Numbered from the stretch's first letter, positions 8,467-18,521 are shown. The stretch: DNA of 64,000 nt from Halorarum halobium (GCF_032116555.1 NZ_CP134949.1:1984001-2048000); one strand, 5' to 3'. Program-made: numbers and translations. Notes: a model not told the origin generated them from the sequence alone.

Positions 8467-10392
8467 ATGAGCCGACCCGGCGGCGACGCGGTCACGCCGG
8501 GGGACTCGTCCCCCCGACCCGTCGAGGTGAGCGTCGTCCTCCCCGCCTACGACGAGGAGCGGACCATCGAGTCCACGGTGCGGACGACCGTCGAGACGCT
8601 CTCGGCGTTCCTCCCGGCGAACGCCTTCGAGGTCATCGTCGCCGAGGACGGCTGCTCGGACCGGACGCCCCAGATCGCCGACCGCCTCGCGGCCGAGGAC
8701 GAGCGCGTCCGCCACTTCCACAGCGAGCAGCGCCTCGGTCGGGGCGGCGCGCTGGAGTTCGCGTTCGAGCGGGCCGCGGGGGACACGCTGGTCTACTTCG
8801 ACACCGACCTCGCCACGGACATGCGCCACCTCGAGGAGCTCGTGGCGACCGTCCGGTCGGGCGAGGCCGACGTGGCGACGGGGTCCCGTTGGATGCCCGG
8901 ACGGGAGGCAGATCGCCCCCCAGAGCGTGGCGTGCCGTCCCGCGGGTTCAACCTCCTCGTACGAACCGTCCTGCGGTCGGACCTCCGGGACCACCAGTGC
9001 GGGTTCAAGGCGCTCTCGCGGGAGGCGTTCGACCGCCTGCAGGGCGACGTCGAGGACGAGCACTGGTTCTGGGACACGGAACTGCTCGTGCGCGCCCAGC
9101 GGAGCGGCCTGGCGGTCGCGGAGTTCCCCGTGGACTGGGAGCCGAAAGGTGACTCGAAGGTCGATCTCGTCCGCGACGTGTTCGGCATGGGGAGCCAGAT
9201 CCTCCGGCTCTGGTGGCAGCTCTCGGTCACCCCGCGCATCACCCGCGGCCGGACGGTCGGTGCCGGCGTCCTGCTCACGCTCGTCGCGCTCGCGCTGATG
9301 ACGCTGTACCTCGACCCGACAGCCGTGTTCGACGCCTTCGGGCGAGCCGACCTGACCCTGGTCGCGGCGGCGGCCGCCGTCTACGTGCTGTCCTGGCCGC
9401 TCCGGGGGCTGCGCTACCGCGACATCCTCTCGGAACTGGGCTACCGGGAGACGCTGGGCTTTCTCACCGGCGCGGTGTTCATCAGCCAGACCGGCAACCT
9501 CGTGTTCCCCGCACGCGCGGGCGACGCGGTCCGGGCGTACGTCGTGAAAGCCCGTCGCGGAATCCCGTACCCGACCGGCTTCGCATCGCTCGCGGCGGAA
9601 CGCGTGTTCGACCTGCTGACGATCACCGCGATGGCCGGCGCGGTGCTGCTCGGACTGCTGGCGACCGGCAGCACGGGTGATCTCGCCGCGGCGGTCTCGG
9701 GCAACGTCTCGGGCGACGTGGTCACCGCGGGCGCGATCAGGACCGCAGTCCGCGTCGCGGCAGCCGTGGGCGTCGCCGCCGCCGTCGGGATGTTCGTCAT
9801 CATCGCCTCGACCCGGACCGAGCGCAACTACGTCCGGGAGGTCGTCGGCCGGTTCTCCTCGGACTCGTACGTCGACTACGTCGCGGGCGTCATCGAGGAG
9901 TTCGTCGAGGGCGTCCAGACCGTCGCCGGCCGGCGGGGCTCGTTCCTGCGCGTGAGCGGCGAGTCGGTCGCCATCTGGTCGCTCGACGTCGTCACCGCGC
10001 TGCTGGTGCTGGCCGCGTTCCCGGACGCCGCCGCGTCGATGGGCACCGGCCAGCTGGTCGCGGTCGGCTTCTTCGCCGTCTCGGTCGGCAACCTCGCGAA
10101 GGTACTCCCGCTCTCGCCGGGCGGGATCGGCCTCTACGAGGCGGCGTTCACGGCGTTCGTCGTCGCGCTCGGCGGCGTCGCCGCGCCGGTCGCCTTCGCC
10201 GCGGCGGTGCTCGACCACGCGGTCAAGAACGCCGTCACGGTGGTCGGCGGCGTCGGCTCGATGCTCGGGCTGAACGTCTCGCTCACGGCCGCGGTCGAGG
10301 AGACGGAGGAACTCGACTCCGACGATGACGTGGACGCGGAGGTCGACGGTGACCCGGACGTCGAGAGCGACGTGGACGTCACCGACGACTGA
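8467..10392 (+). CDS. aglD: GT2 dolichol-phosphate glycosyltransferase fused to a flippase-like membrane domain (AglD-like)
   Basis: VVLPAYDEE, AEDGCSDRT, YFDTDL, DHQCGFKA, then a multi-TM domain (NLVFPARAGD, ERVFD, PGGIGLYE); context between pyk and tfb. Confidence 0.82.
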   Translation: MSRPGGDAVTPGDSSPRPVEVSVVLPAYDEERTIESTVRTTVETLSAFLPANAFEVIVAEDGCSDRTPQIADRLAAEDERVRHFHSEQRLGRGGALEFAFERAAGDTLVYFDTDLATDMRHLEELVATVRSGEADVATGSRWMPGREADRPPERGVPSRGFNLLVRTVLRSDLRDHQCGFKALSREAFDRLQGDVEDEHWFWDTELLVRAQRSGLAVAEFPVDWEPKGDSKVDLVRDVFGMGSQILRLWWQLSVTPRITRGRTVGAGVLLTLVALALMTLYLDPTAVFDAFGRADLTLVAAAAAVYVLSWPLRGLRYRDILSELGYRETLGFLTGAVFISQTGNLVFPARAGDAVRAYVVKARRGIPYPTGFASLAAERVFDLLTITAMAGAVLLGLLATGSTGDLAAAVSGNVSGDVVTAGAIRTAVRVAAAVGVAAAVGMFVIIASTRTERNYVREVVGRFSSDSYVDYVAGVIEEFVEGVQTVAGRRGSFLRVSGESVAIWSLDVVTALLVLAAFPDAAASMGTGQLVAVGFFAVSVGNLAKVLPLSPGGIGLYEAAFTAFVVALGGVAAPVAFAAAVLDHAVKNAVTVVGGVGSMLGLNVSLTAAVEETEELDSDDDVDAEVDGDPDVESDVDVTDD

Positions 10393-10422
10393 CGGCGGAA
10401 CGGGGCGGGAAGAACGCGCGGC

Positions 10423-10839
10423 TCAGTCGTCCGCCGGCGACGCGCTCCCGAGGCGACCTCCACGGTCGTGATCGCCGGTCGCCGCCACGTACGCCATGAG
10501 CAGCATCGAGACGAGCAGGCAGAGGCCCCAGAGGAACGACGTCGGGATAAGCATCGTCACGCCGGCACCCTCGCCGACCCAGATCGTCACCGGGAGCAGC
10601 CACTGGCCGGCGACGAACAGCCCCGTCACCGCGCTCCGGAGGCGTCCGGTGACGCCGAGCGCGGGCACCGCGAAGCCGAGGACGACGGCGAGGATCGAGA
10701 GCACGCCCATGTGTGCGTGGCCGCCGACGAGCCAGCCCGGGACGCCCTGCCCGGACGCGAGGAGCATGTTCTGATACAGTCCGATCGTCATCATCGTGGC
10801 GAGTCCGAGGAACCCGGACGTCTTGAGAATTCGTGTCAT
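10423..10839 (-). CDS. Small 4-TM membrane protein with GHAH motif
   Basis: Hydrophobic ORF containing GGHAHMGVL. Confidence 0.7.
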   Translation of the reverse strand: MTRILKTSGFLGLATMMTIGLYQNMLLASGQGVPGWLVGGHAHMGVLSILAVVLGFAVPALGVTGRLRSAVTGLFVAGQWLLPVTIWVGEGAGVTMLIPTSFLWGLCLLVSMLLMAYVAATGDHDRGGRLGSASPADD

Positions 10840-10919
10840 CACTCGTCGGGAGGTGACAACGACAACTGATAAATGTGAGTGAATTTCTGCAGGGCGGCGA
10901 CGGTGAAACCGAACGTCGC

Positions 10920-11444
10920 TCAGTAGAGTGAGCTTACGAACGGGCCGAGCGCGCCGGCGACCGCGGTGGTGAGCGCTCCCGTCCGGTCGATGCGACCGCC
11001 CGTGAGCGCGCCCGCTGCCCCCTGCCGTCTCGCCACGTCGTCCTCGCCGAGCGTTTCGTCCATCACCGGGCCGAGTTCCTCGCCCTCGCGGACGCGGCTG
11101 GCGATGTCATCCGGGAGGACGAGGCTCGGTCCCGCGCCGTCCCCCCGGCGGTCGCCGTCCGTGACGGCGGCCCACATGACGAGCAGGAGGTCGCCCTCGG
11201 GGCCAGGCGCGACGCCGCCCTCGATGCCGACTGCGAGGTCGTACCCCTCGGCGAGGACCGCCTCCGCGCGGTTTCTCGCGCCGGTACGCGTCTCGCCGTG
11301 CCCGGACGGCTGCTCGGGCACGCCCGAGGGGACCGGACACGCTTCGACTGCCGCGTCGGTCCCGAACGCGTCGGCCTCGCTCGTCAGTACCGCCCTCGTC
11401 GCCTCGATCTTGACCGGGTTCCCCGACCCGACGCCGACTCGCAT
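10920..11444 (-). CDS. yjjX: Inosine/xanthosine triphosphatase (YjjX family)
   Basis: GSGNPVKIEA, SGVPEQP, GARNRA, GIEGG, ELGPVMD. Confidence 0.9.
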   Translation of the reverse strand: MRVGVGSGNPVKIEATRAVLTSEADAFGTDAAVEACPVPSGVPEQPSGHGETRTGARNRAEAVLAEGYDLAVGIEGGVAPGPEGDLLLVMWAAVTDGDRRGDGAGPSLVLPDDIASRVREGEELGPVMDETLGEDDVARRQGAAGALTGGRIDRTGALTTAVAGALGPFVSSLY

Positions 11445-11519
11445 CGAGTGTGAGACGGGAGTGCGGGGAGGTGTGTGTTACGGTCGCGGCCCCGGCGCGT
11501 CCGTCGGGGACGCCGGCCC

Positions 11520-12281
11520 TCAGTCGTCGTCCCCCTCGTCGACGTCGACCCCGTGGAGTCGTTCGGCGAGCCCCTCGATGCCGTCGACGAGTCGGGGGCT
11601 CGGCTGGTTCAACAGGTCGTCGTCGACGACGTGGACCTCGGCGTCGAGCTCCCAGTCGCGCTCCTCGAGGACGGACGGGTCCGACCGATCGCCGGAGCCG
11701 CAGACGTGGAGGACGACGTGGTCGGGGTCGGCGTCGGGGACCTTCTCCGGGCCGACCTCGTGCGAGCGGTCGCCCGGTTCGGTGAACGGGTAGCGGCCGC
11801 CGGCCGCGACGACGGCGTCCGGGACCCAGTTGCCGGCCGCCATCGGCGGGTCGGACCACTCCTCGCAGTAGACGACGGGTCGGTCGCGCCCGGCGACGGC
11901 GTCCCGGACGCGACGGACTCGCGTCCGACACTCCCGGACGAGCCGGTCGCCGTCCCCGGGGCGACCGACCGCCTCGCCGACGGCCGCGATGGACTCAAAC
12001 ACGTCCGCGAGCGTCGACGGCTCACGGTGGTGAACGTCGAGCCCCCGCCCCCGGAGTTCGTCCCGGAGCTCACGCTGGAGCGGGTCGTTCGTCAGGACGA
12101 CGTCCGGGTCCAGCGCGGCGACTCGGTCCGGGTCGGCGTTCAACCAGCCCCCGAGCGACGCGGCCTCGTCGTACCCGCAGTGAGCAGTCACCCCCACGAG
12201 CGACTCGGCCGCGCCCATCTCGACCAGGGTCGCGGTCGCGCTCGGGGCGAGCGAGACGGTCCGAGTCGCCGGGTCGCACAT
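11520..12281 (-). CDS. BtuF-like cobalamin / helical-backbone metal-binding protein
   Basis: VSLAPSATATL, LVGVTAHC, EEWSDPPMAAGNWVPD, NQPSPRLVDG. Confidence 0.85.
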   Translation of the reverse strand: MCDPATRTVSLAPSATATLVEMGAAESLVGVTAHCGYDEAASLGGWLNADPDRVAALDPDVVLTNDPLQRELRDELRGRGLDVHHREPSTLADVFESIAAVGEAVGRPGDGDRLVRECRTRVRRVRDAVAGRDRPVVYCEEWSDPPMAAGNWVPDAVVAAGGRYPFTEPGDRSHEVGPEKVPDADPDHVVLHVCGSGDRSDPSVLEERDWELDAEVHVVDDDLLNQPSPRLVDGIEGLAERLHGVDVDEGDDD

Positions 12282-12374
12282 ACCGACTGGTAACGAGGTG
12301 GGTTGAAATAGGTCACGTTACGTGATGACACGACCCGTAGACGGCGGGGTGCTCTCGCGCTCGAAACCGTTTGG

Positions 12375-12380
12375 TTTATA
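12375..12380 (+). promoter_or_regulatory. Probable TATA box for tfb
   Basis: TTTATA in an AT-rich intergenic stretch about 80 bp upstream of the ATG. Confidence 0.5.
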
Positions 12381-12458
12381 CGTCTGTCTTTCCTCCTTTA
12401 CTTACAGAATTTGCCCGGGCCTTTTTCAGCAGTTACCCGGGAGCATTCGCGCCACCAA

Positions 12459-13427
12459 ATGAGCGAGAAAACATACGCCCGACGGGAGACGACCGAGCGG
12501 GAGACGGCGACGGAGGAAACGGCCGACGAGACGCTCGCGTGTCCGGAGTGTAGCGGCAACGTCATCCAGGACGAGGAGCACGGCGAGACGGTCTGTGCGG
12601 AGTGTGGACTCGTCATCGAGGAGGACTCGGTCGACCGCGGGCCCGAGTGGCGCGCGTTCGACGCCGCCGAGAAGGACAAGAAGAGCCGCGTCGGCGCCCC
12701 GACGACGAACACGATGCACGACAAGGGGCTCTCGACGAACATCGACTGGCGCGACCAGGACGCCTACGGCCGGTCGCTCGGCTCCCGGCAGCGCCAGAAG
12801 ATGCGTCGGCTCCGCAAGTGGAACGAGCGCTTCCGCACCCGCGACTCGAAGGAGCGGAACCTGAAGCAGGCGCTCGGCGAGATCGACCGGATGGCGAGCG
12901 CCCAAGGGCTCCCGGACAACGTCCGCGAGACCGCGTCAGTCATTTACCGCCGCGCGCTCGAGGAGGACCTGCTTCCCGGCCGCTCCATCGAGGGCGTCTC
13001 CACCGCGTGTACGTACGCCGCCGCCCGGATGGCCGGCGTGCCGCGCTCGCTCGACGAGATCTCGGACGTCTCCCGCGTCGAGAAGGACGAGGTCGCCCGC
13101 ACCTACCGCTACGTCGTCCGCGAGCTGAAGCTGGAGGTCAAGCCCGCGGACCCCGAGCAGTACGTCCCCCGGTTCGCGTCCGCGCTGGGTCTCTCGGAGG
13201 AGGCCGAGCGCCGCGCGAAACAGCTCCTGAAGAACGCCAAGGAGAAGGGCGTCCACTCGGGCAAGTCGCCCGTCGGGCTCGCGGCCGCCGCGGTGTACGC
13301 CGCCGCGCTGCTCACCAACGAGAAGACGACGCAGGCGGCCGTCTCGGAGGTCGCCGACATCTCCGAGGTCACCATCCGGAACCGCTACCACGAGCTGCTC
13401 GAGGCCGAGGAAGGCCTCGTCGCGTAA
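12459..13427 (+). CDS. tfb: Transcription initiation factor IIB
   Basis: Zn ribbon CPEC..CAECG, GPEWRAF, cyclin repeats, GKSPVGLAAA, SEVTIRNRY. Confidence 0.97.
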   Translation: MSEKTYARRETTERETATEETADETLACPECSGNVIQDEEHGETVCAECGLVIEEDSVDRGPEWRAFDAAEKDKKSRVGAPTTNTMHDKGLSTNIDWRDQDAYGRSLGSRQRQKMRRLRKWNERFRTRDSKERNLKQALGEIDRMASAQGLPDNVRETASVIYRRALEEDLLPGRSIEGVSTACTYAAARMAGVPRSLDEISDVSRVEKDEVARTYRYVVRELKLEVKPADPEQYVPRFASALGLSEEAERRAKQLLKNAKEKGVHSGKSPVGLAAAAVYAAALLTNEKTTQAAVSEVADISEVTIRNRYHELLEAEEGLVA

Positions 13428-13494
13428 CGTCCGCGACCCCGGTTCGAACTGGTTCGCGGGAAACCGTTTTGCGCCGCCGTCCCGAGGCCCCGGT

Positions 13495-14184
13495 ATGACC
13501 CTCGACTCGTTTCACCTCGCGGCGGCAACCGCCGACCTCGCCGAGGAGCCGGCGGCCCGCGAGCACGCCGACTGGCTGGAGTTCAGGATGGATCTGGCCG
13601 AGGAGCCGCTCGAATCGCTCGCCGACTACGACGGCGAACTGCCGCTGGTCATCACCAACCGGGCGACGTGGGAGGGCGGCGACGCCCCGCCGTACGAGCG
13701 GCTTGACGCCCTGGTGCGCGCCGTCGAGCACGAGTCGGTCGCGGCCGTCGACGTCGAACTGGCGACCCTCCTGGGTCGTCCGACCGGGACGAACGACGCG
13801 ACCGCCGCCGACCTCGTCGGCGACGCGCGCAACCGCGGCGTGACCGTCGTCGCCTCGGTCCACGACTTCGACGGAACGCCCGACCCCCGGACGCTGGATT
13901 CGCTCCTCTCGGCCGCGGCCGCCGCGGGGGACGTGGGAAAACTGGCGACGAGAGCGGGGAATCGGGCGGACTCGCTCGCGCTGCTCTCCGCGACCCACCG
14001 CGCTACCGAACGCGGCGAGACGGTGGCGACGATGGCGATGGGCGAGGCGGGAAAACACACCAGGGCGGTCGCGCCGGTGTACGGATCACGCATCGGCTAC
14101 GCGCCGGTCCGCGCCGAGGCCGCGACCGCGCCCGGCCAGTACGACCTGGCGACGTTGCGGAAGCTCGTCGATCGACTGCAGTGA
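13495..14184 (+). CDS. aroD: Type I 3-dehydroquinate dehydratase
   Basis: LEFRMD, ITNRATWEGG, VDVEL, SVHDFDGTP, KLA, MAMGEAGKHTR, APGQ. Confidence 0.93.
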   Translation: MTLDSFHLAAATADLAEEPAAREHADWLEFRMDLAEEPLESLADYDGELPLVITNRATWEGGDAPPYERLDALVRAVEHESVAAVDVELATLLGRPTGTNDATAADLVGDARNRGVTVVASVHDFDGTPDPRTLDSLLSAAAAAGDVGKLATRAGNRADSLALLSATHRATERGETVATMAMGEAGKHTRAVAPVYGSRIGYAPVRAEAATAPGQYDLATLRKLVDRLQ

Positions 14185-14220
14185 CCGGCGGGCTCGGTCG
14201 ATGACGGCTACGGGAGGAGA

Positions 14221-14502
14221 TCAGGCCGGGACGGAGGTTCGAAGCAGTCCGGCGAGCGTGTCGCCCTCGCGGGTCAGCACGTAACCCCCTTCGCGCTTTT
14301 CGACGAGGCGACCGCGGAGGCGACCGAGGTGGTAGTTGAATCGACCGGTGTCGCTCACCCCGAGGCGGTCACAGAGGACGCTGAACGGGACCGGATCGGA
14401 GTCACCCCCGGCTAGCTCGCGGACGATCCGCAAGCGAGTCTCGTCGCTGAGCAGGTCGAACGTCGACGCCAGCGCCGGCTCGTCCCCTTCACTCGTCGGC
14501 AT
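14221..14502 (-). CDS. ArsR-like winged-HTH protein
   Basis: FDLLSDETRLRIVREL ... GRFNYHLGRL. Confidence 0.8.
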   Translation of the reverse strand: MPTSEGDEPALASTFDLLSDETRLRIVRELAGGDSDPVPFSVLCDRLGVSDTGRFNYHLGRLRGRLVEKREGGYVLTREGDTLAGLLRTSVPA

Positions 14503-15226
14503 CGAGCACCACCTCCGGAACGTCGACCTCGTCCACGGTCGGTCGGCCGTCCTCGCCGCGCGTCCAGGACAGGACGGGGCGGACGCGGTAGGACTCCGCG
14601 CCGTCGGCGAAGGACAGCACCGCCGCGTCGCCGGCGGCGAGGCGGGTGTTCACGCGCTGTCTGTCCCCGGCGTCGAAACTGTTCGCCTCCGCCACGCCCT
14701 TTCCTCGCCTGAGGGCGACGACCTCGATCGAGAGGCCGTCCGGCCCAGTCTCCAGCGCGACGCGGAGCGGAACCGTGGCGGACCCCTCGTCGTCGAGGAA
14801 CGGAAACGCCAGCGTCGCGTCCTCGGCACTGGCGAGCGATTCCACCTCGTCGTCGAGCCCCCCTGGCGCGTCGGCGGCGTCCGGCCGCGGCGGCACGTCG
14901 ATGCCGGCCGATCCGAACGACGACGCGAGCGTGTCGTACACCTTGTTCTGAATCTCGCGCTCGAGGCCGCTCGCAAAGCGGTCCCACCGGTCGCCCCGTT
15001 CCTCGCGGTGCTCGCCGTCCCTCGGGCCCGCCGGCCCGGGCTCGCCGACCGGTCCGCCGGCACGTTCTCCCGGGGAATCGTTCGGCGGCGACTGGCCCCC
15101 CGCTTCGCGGCGCGTTAATCCCCTGTAGAGCACCTCCTCCCAGGAGAGATCGAGCTCCCGCTTCCGGCGCTTCATCCGCTCGAACACCTCGTCGTCGTCG
15201 ACGGTGATCCGTACCTCGCGGGCCAT
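14489..15226 (-). CDS. Hypothetical protein with RHH/antitoxin-like N-terminus
   Basis: MAREVRITVDDDEVFERMKRRKRELDLSWEEVL gives a strand-helix-helix pattern; acidic composition. Confidence 0.65.
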   Translation of the reverse strand: MAREVRITVDDDEVFERMKRRKRELDLSWEEVLYRGLTRREAGGQSPPNDSPGERAGGPVGEPGPAGPRDGEHREERGDRWDRFASGLEREIQNKVYDTLASSFGSAGIDVPPRPDAADAPGGLDDEVESLASAEDATLAFPFLDDEGSATVPLRVALETGPDGLSIEVVALRRGKGVAEANSFDAGDRQRVNTRLAAGDAAVLSFADGAESYRVRPVLSWTRGEDGRPTVDEVDVPEVVLDADE

Positions 15227-15428
15227 TATGTGAGTCCCCATCATATAAACATATAAATCTTTCGTCTAGAACTCACATGGGACTCACAACGAGGGGCGTT
15301 TCGCCGTTCCCCGACTGTGGGGTCGGGTCAGGTGCGCTCGACGACCTTCGTGCCGAACGATCGAGCCGCGGCTGGACGGGGGAGACGTCGGAGAATCGAG
15401 TTGTCGGGGAGGAACCGTCCGGGGCGTG

Positions 15429-16619
15429 TTACTGCTCGATGATGCTCTCCTCGACTTCCTCGCCGAAGTGGCGCGCGACGTCCTCGTAGTAGACGAGCAC
15501 CTCGTCGCCCTCGGCGAGATCGGTGATGGGGACCCGGCCGCCCGCGGTGGCGACTTTCACCGTCTCGGCGTTCTGGATCAGCGTCTCGATCACGTCCACG
15601 CCGTCCTCGGTCTCGATCTCGGCCTGGACGCGGAACATCGGTCGTTTCTCGATCTTCACGCGCCCGACGATGGCCTCGCGCGTGTTGCCGTTCGTGTCGG
15701 CGACCTGCACCGTGTCGCCGCTGCGGAGTTCGGAGAGGTACTTCGTTCCGCCATCGGGCGTCCGGACGTAGGCGTGGACCGCGCCGGCGTTGACGCGGAA
15801 CGGCCGGGAGGCGACGTACGGCGAGTCGGCCGTCTCGGCGTGGACGAAGAACAGCCCGCGGGACATCGAGCCGACGAGCATCCCCTCGTCATCCTCGAGG
15901 ATGCTCCCGGTGTCGACACAGACCCGGTCGGCAGAGCCCATCTGCTCGACGGCCGTGACGGTCGCGTGCTGGAGGTCGAGCGTCTCCTGTTCGGCCTCGT
16001 CGCGCACCTCGACCGTCCGTCTGATCTCGTCGGGGTCCGCCGTGTCGAGCAGGACGCCCTCCGCGCCGAGTTCGAGCGTCTCGAACGCCGTCCGGGCCTC
16101 CTCGGCGGACGTCACGCCCGCGATGAGCGTCGTGTCGTCGCCGACCCGGGAGATGAGGTTCTCCAGCGGGATGATCTTCCAGTCCTCGCCGACGACCACG
16201 AGGAACTCGGCGTCCAGTGCCGCCTCCTCGGCGAACGTCTCGTACTCGGTGTCGAGGATGCGGACGTACGCGCCCTGCGCCCGGTTGTCCGAGCGGCGGA
16301 GCGTCGTGAGGTCGGCCGAGCCGGAGAGGTCCGAGGGCAGATCGACCGTGCCGTCGCCCTCGCCGTCCTTGCCGACGACGTAGGCGTCCGCGACGGCCTC
16401 GTCGTCACCCTCCGCGTCGTCGATGACGTCCACGTCGGCGTCCGAGCGGAACGCGGCGACGTTGACCGCGCCGAGTTCGCGCACCTTCGCCACGTCGCGC
16501 TCGTCCACGAGCACCCAGTCGACGCCCGCTTCCAGCCCGGCGGTGATGCGGTGTTTCCGTCGCTCCCAGTCGCCCACGCCGTCGTCGGCACGAAGCCAGA
16601 CGCTCCGCTTTCCTGTCAT
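15429..16619 (-). CDS. 3-dehydroquinate synthase II (archaeal, AroB')
   Basis: DWKIIPLENLI, DRVCVDTG, EGMLVGS, SRPFRVNAGAVHAY, GRVKIEKRP, ARHFG. Confidence 0.95.
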   Translation of the reverse strand: MTGKRSVWLRADDGVGDWERRKHRITAGLEAGVDWVLVDERDVAKVRELGAVNVAAFRSDADVDVIDDAEGDDEAVADAYVVGKDGEGDGTVDLPSDLSGSADLTTLRRSDNRAQGAYVRILDTEYETFAEEAALDAEFLVVVGEDWKIIPLENLISRVGDDTTLIAGVTSAEEARTAFETLELGAEGVLLDTADPDEIRRTVEVRDEAEQETLDLQHATVTAVEQMGSADRVCVDTGSILEDDEGMLVGSMSRGLFFVHAETADSPYVASRPFRVNAGAVHAYVRTPDGGTKYLSELRSGDTVQVADTNGNTREAIVGRVKIEKRPMFRVQAEIETEDGVDVIETLIQNAETVKVATAGGRVPITDLAEGDEVLVYYEDVARHFGEEVEESIIEQ

Positions 16620-16724
16620 TGGGTGTGCCTCACATCCGGGGCGCTTCAACTTGGCGGATGTTCGGTCGCGTACGACGGCTCGACTGTGGCTCGGCTTCCT
16701 AAGGGGCACGTTCACAGCGGGGAC

Positions 16725-16798
16725 GACCTCGAAAGCCCCCGTGCGCTGGAGTCGGTGCGGCCGCTGCGCGAGCCGAGAGCCGGGGGGCTTCCGCGGTC
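16725..16798. repeat. Intergenic palindromic repeat, short copy A
   Basis: GACCTCGAAAGCCCCC and GGGGGCTTCCGCGGTC form a 14/16 inverted repeat; shares TCGGTGCGGCCGCTG with copy C. Confidence 0.75.
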
Positions 16799-16905
16799 TG
16801 CACCACGGTAGCTGCGGTCCGATACGCGTCACACCTTGCCACGTCTAAACCGACTCGGAATCAACAGCAGGCTTATCCCACTCACCAGCCTCCCACCAAC
16901 CAGAA

Positions 16906-17577
16906 GTGACGGTCCTGTTCGACCTGGACGGCACGCTCTGTGTGAGCAACCAGTCCACCGACGCCCTCCTCGATGCGGCCTTCGAAACGGCCGGCGTCGA
17001 GCGGTACTGCGGCCCGAGTGACCTGAGAAGCGCCTCGGAGGTCATCGACCCCGCCGAGTCCGACGTGGCGTTCTACGAGCGCTGTCTCCGCGTCGCCGCC
17101 GAACGCGCCGACGCCGAGCACGCGAACCCGGCCGACGCCCACGCCGTCGCGCGGGCCTACGACGACGCGATCGACCACCGGTCCGTGTCGTTCCGCGACG
17201 GGGCCGCGACGGCCCTCGATGCCGCCATCGACTCCGACCGACGGATCGGGCTGGTGACCAACGGGGCGCGGGAGACCCAGCGGCTGAAGCTCGACTCGCT
17301 CGGCATCGCCGACCGGTTCGAGACCCACGTGTACGCCGACCCCGAACTGGGACTCAAGCCCGACCCGTACCCGTTCGAACTGGCGCTCTCGGACCTGGAG
17401 GCGGAGCCCGCGGGGACGACGTACGTCGGAAACTCGCTCCGGGCGGACGTCGGCGGCGCGAACGCGCTCGGCATGGAGACCGTGTGGACGCCCGTCGGTG
17501 ACGACGACCGCGACCCGGACGATCCGACGCCCGACCACACGCTGTCGTCGCTCGCCGGACTGGCGACGCTGTTGTAA
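16906..17577 (+). CDS. HAD-superfamily hydrolase
   Basis: FDLDGTL, LVTNG, KPDP, VGNSLRADVGGA. Confidence 0.92.
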   Translation: MTVLFDLDGTLCVSNQSTDALLDAAFETAGVERYCGPSDLRSASEVIDPAESDVAFYERCLRVAAERADAEHANPADAHAVARAYDDAIDHRSVSFRDGAATALDAAIDSDRRIGLVTNGARETQRLKLDSLGIADRFETHVYADPELGLKPDPYPFELALSDLEAEPAGTTYVGNSLRADVGGANALGMETVWTPVGDDDRDPDDPTPDHTLSSLAGLATLL

Positions 17578-17686
17578 CACGAGGACCGCTCGACGGGAAG
17601 ACGAAAAACTGATTCCCGATCCGTTTTGCGCGACCGCCATCGGCCCGACTGCCGACGGTCCGACCGACTGCCGCTTTCCCGGCCGA

Positions 17687-18472
17687 CTACAGTCCCGCGG
17701 CCGAGAGCGCGTTCTCCACGTCGGCGTCCTCGTGGACGACAGCCGAGACTGCCGAGGTGATCGCTTCGGGGTCGTCGTGCTGGAAGATGGAGCGGCCCAT
17801 CGAGACGCCGGCCGCGCCCCCGTCCATCGCGCCCCGGACCATCTCCACCGTCTCGCGGTCGGTGCCCTTGCTCCCGCCGGCGATGACGACCGGCAGGCGC
17901 GTCGACTCGACGACGTGCCGGAAGCCGTCGCCGTCGCCCGAGTAGCCCGTCTTCACCACGTCGGCGTCGAGTTCCTCGGCCAGTCGGACCGCGTGGCCCA
18001 GCGCCTCCGGGTCGTCCCCCTCGACGCCCGGGCCGCGGGCGTACGCCATCGCCAGCACCGGCATCCCGTAGTCGGCCGCGTCCTCCGTGAGCCGTGCGAG
18101 GTGTTCGATCTGACCGGGTTCGTACGTCGAACCGACGTTGATGTGCATCGAGACGGCGTCCGCGCCGGCGCGGATGGCCCCCTTCACGGTGCCCGTCGGT
18201 CGCTTGTCGTTCTCGTCGGGGCCGATGGTCGTCGAGGCGTTCAGGTGGGCGATGTAGCCCGCACCGTTCGTGTTGCCGTGGACGCGCTCGGCGATGCCAC
18301 GCTGGGTGAGCACCGCGTCCGCGCCCCCGCGGGTCACCCCGTCGATGGTCGCTTCGATGTCCTTGAGCCCCTTCACGGCACCCATCGTGATGCCGTGGTC
18401 CATCGGAACGATGAGGAACCGATCCGCCGTCGAAATCCTGTCGAGTCGTGCGTCGAGTCCCGGGAACGTCAT
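17687..18472 (-). CDS. 2-amino-3,7-dideoxy-D-threo-hept-6-ulosonate synthase (class I aldolase, AroA')
   Basis: VPMDHG, DVVKTGY, VIAGG, GRSIFQ; located near DHQ synthase II and the trp genes. Confidence 0.9.
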   Translation of the reverse strand: MTFPGLDARLDRISTADRFLIVPMDHGITMGAVKGLKDIEATIDGVTRGGADAVLTQRGIAERVHGNTNGAGYIAHLNASTTIGPDENDKRPTGTVKGAIRAGADAVSMHINVGSTYEPGQIEHLARLTEDAADYGMPVLAMAYARGPGVEGDDPEALGHAVRLAEELDADVVKTGYSGDGDGFRHVVESTRLPVVIAGGSKGTDRETVEMVRGAMDGGAAGVSMGRSIFQHDDPEAITSAVSAVVHEDADVENALSAAGL

Positions 18473-18521
18473 CTGAGTGTGCTATCCTCTTCCAAGGGCG
18501 CGTAAATCGTTTGCGAACGGG

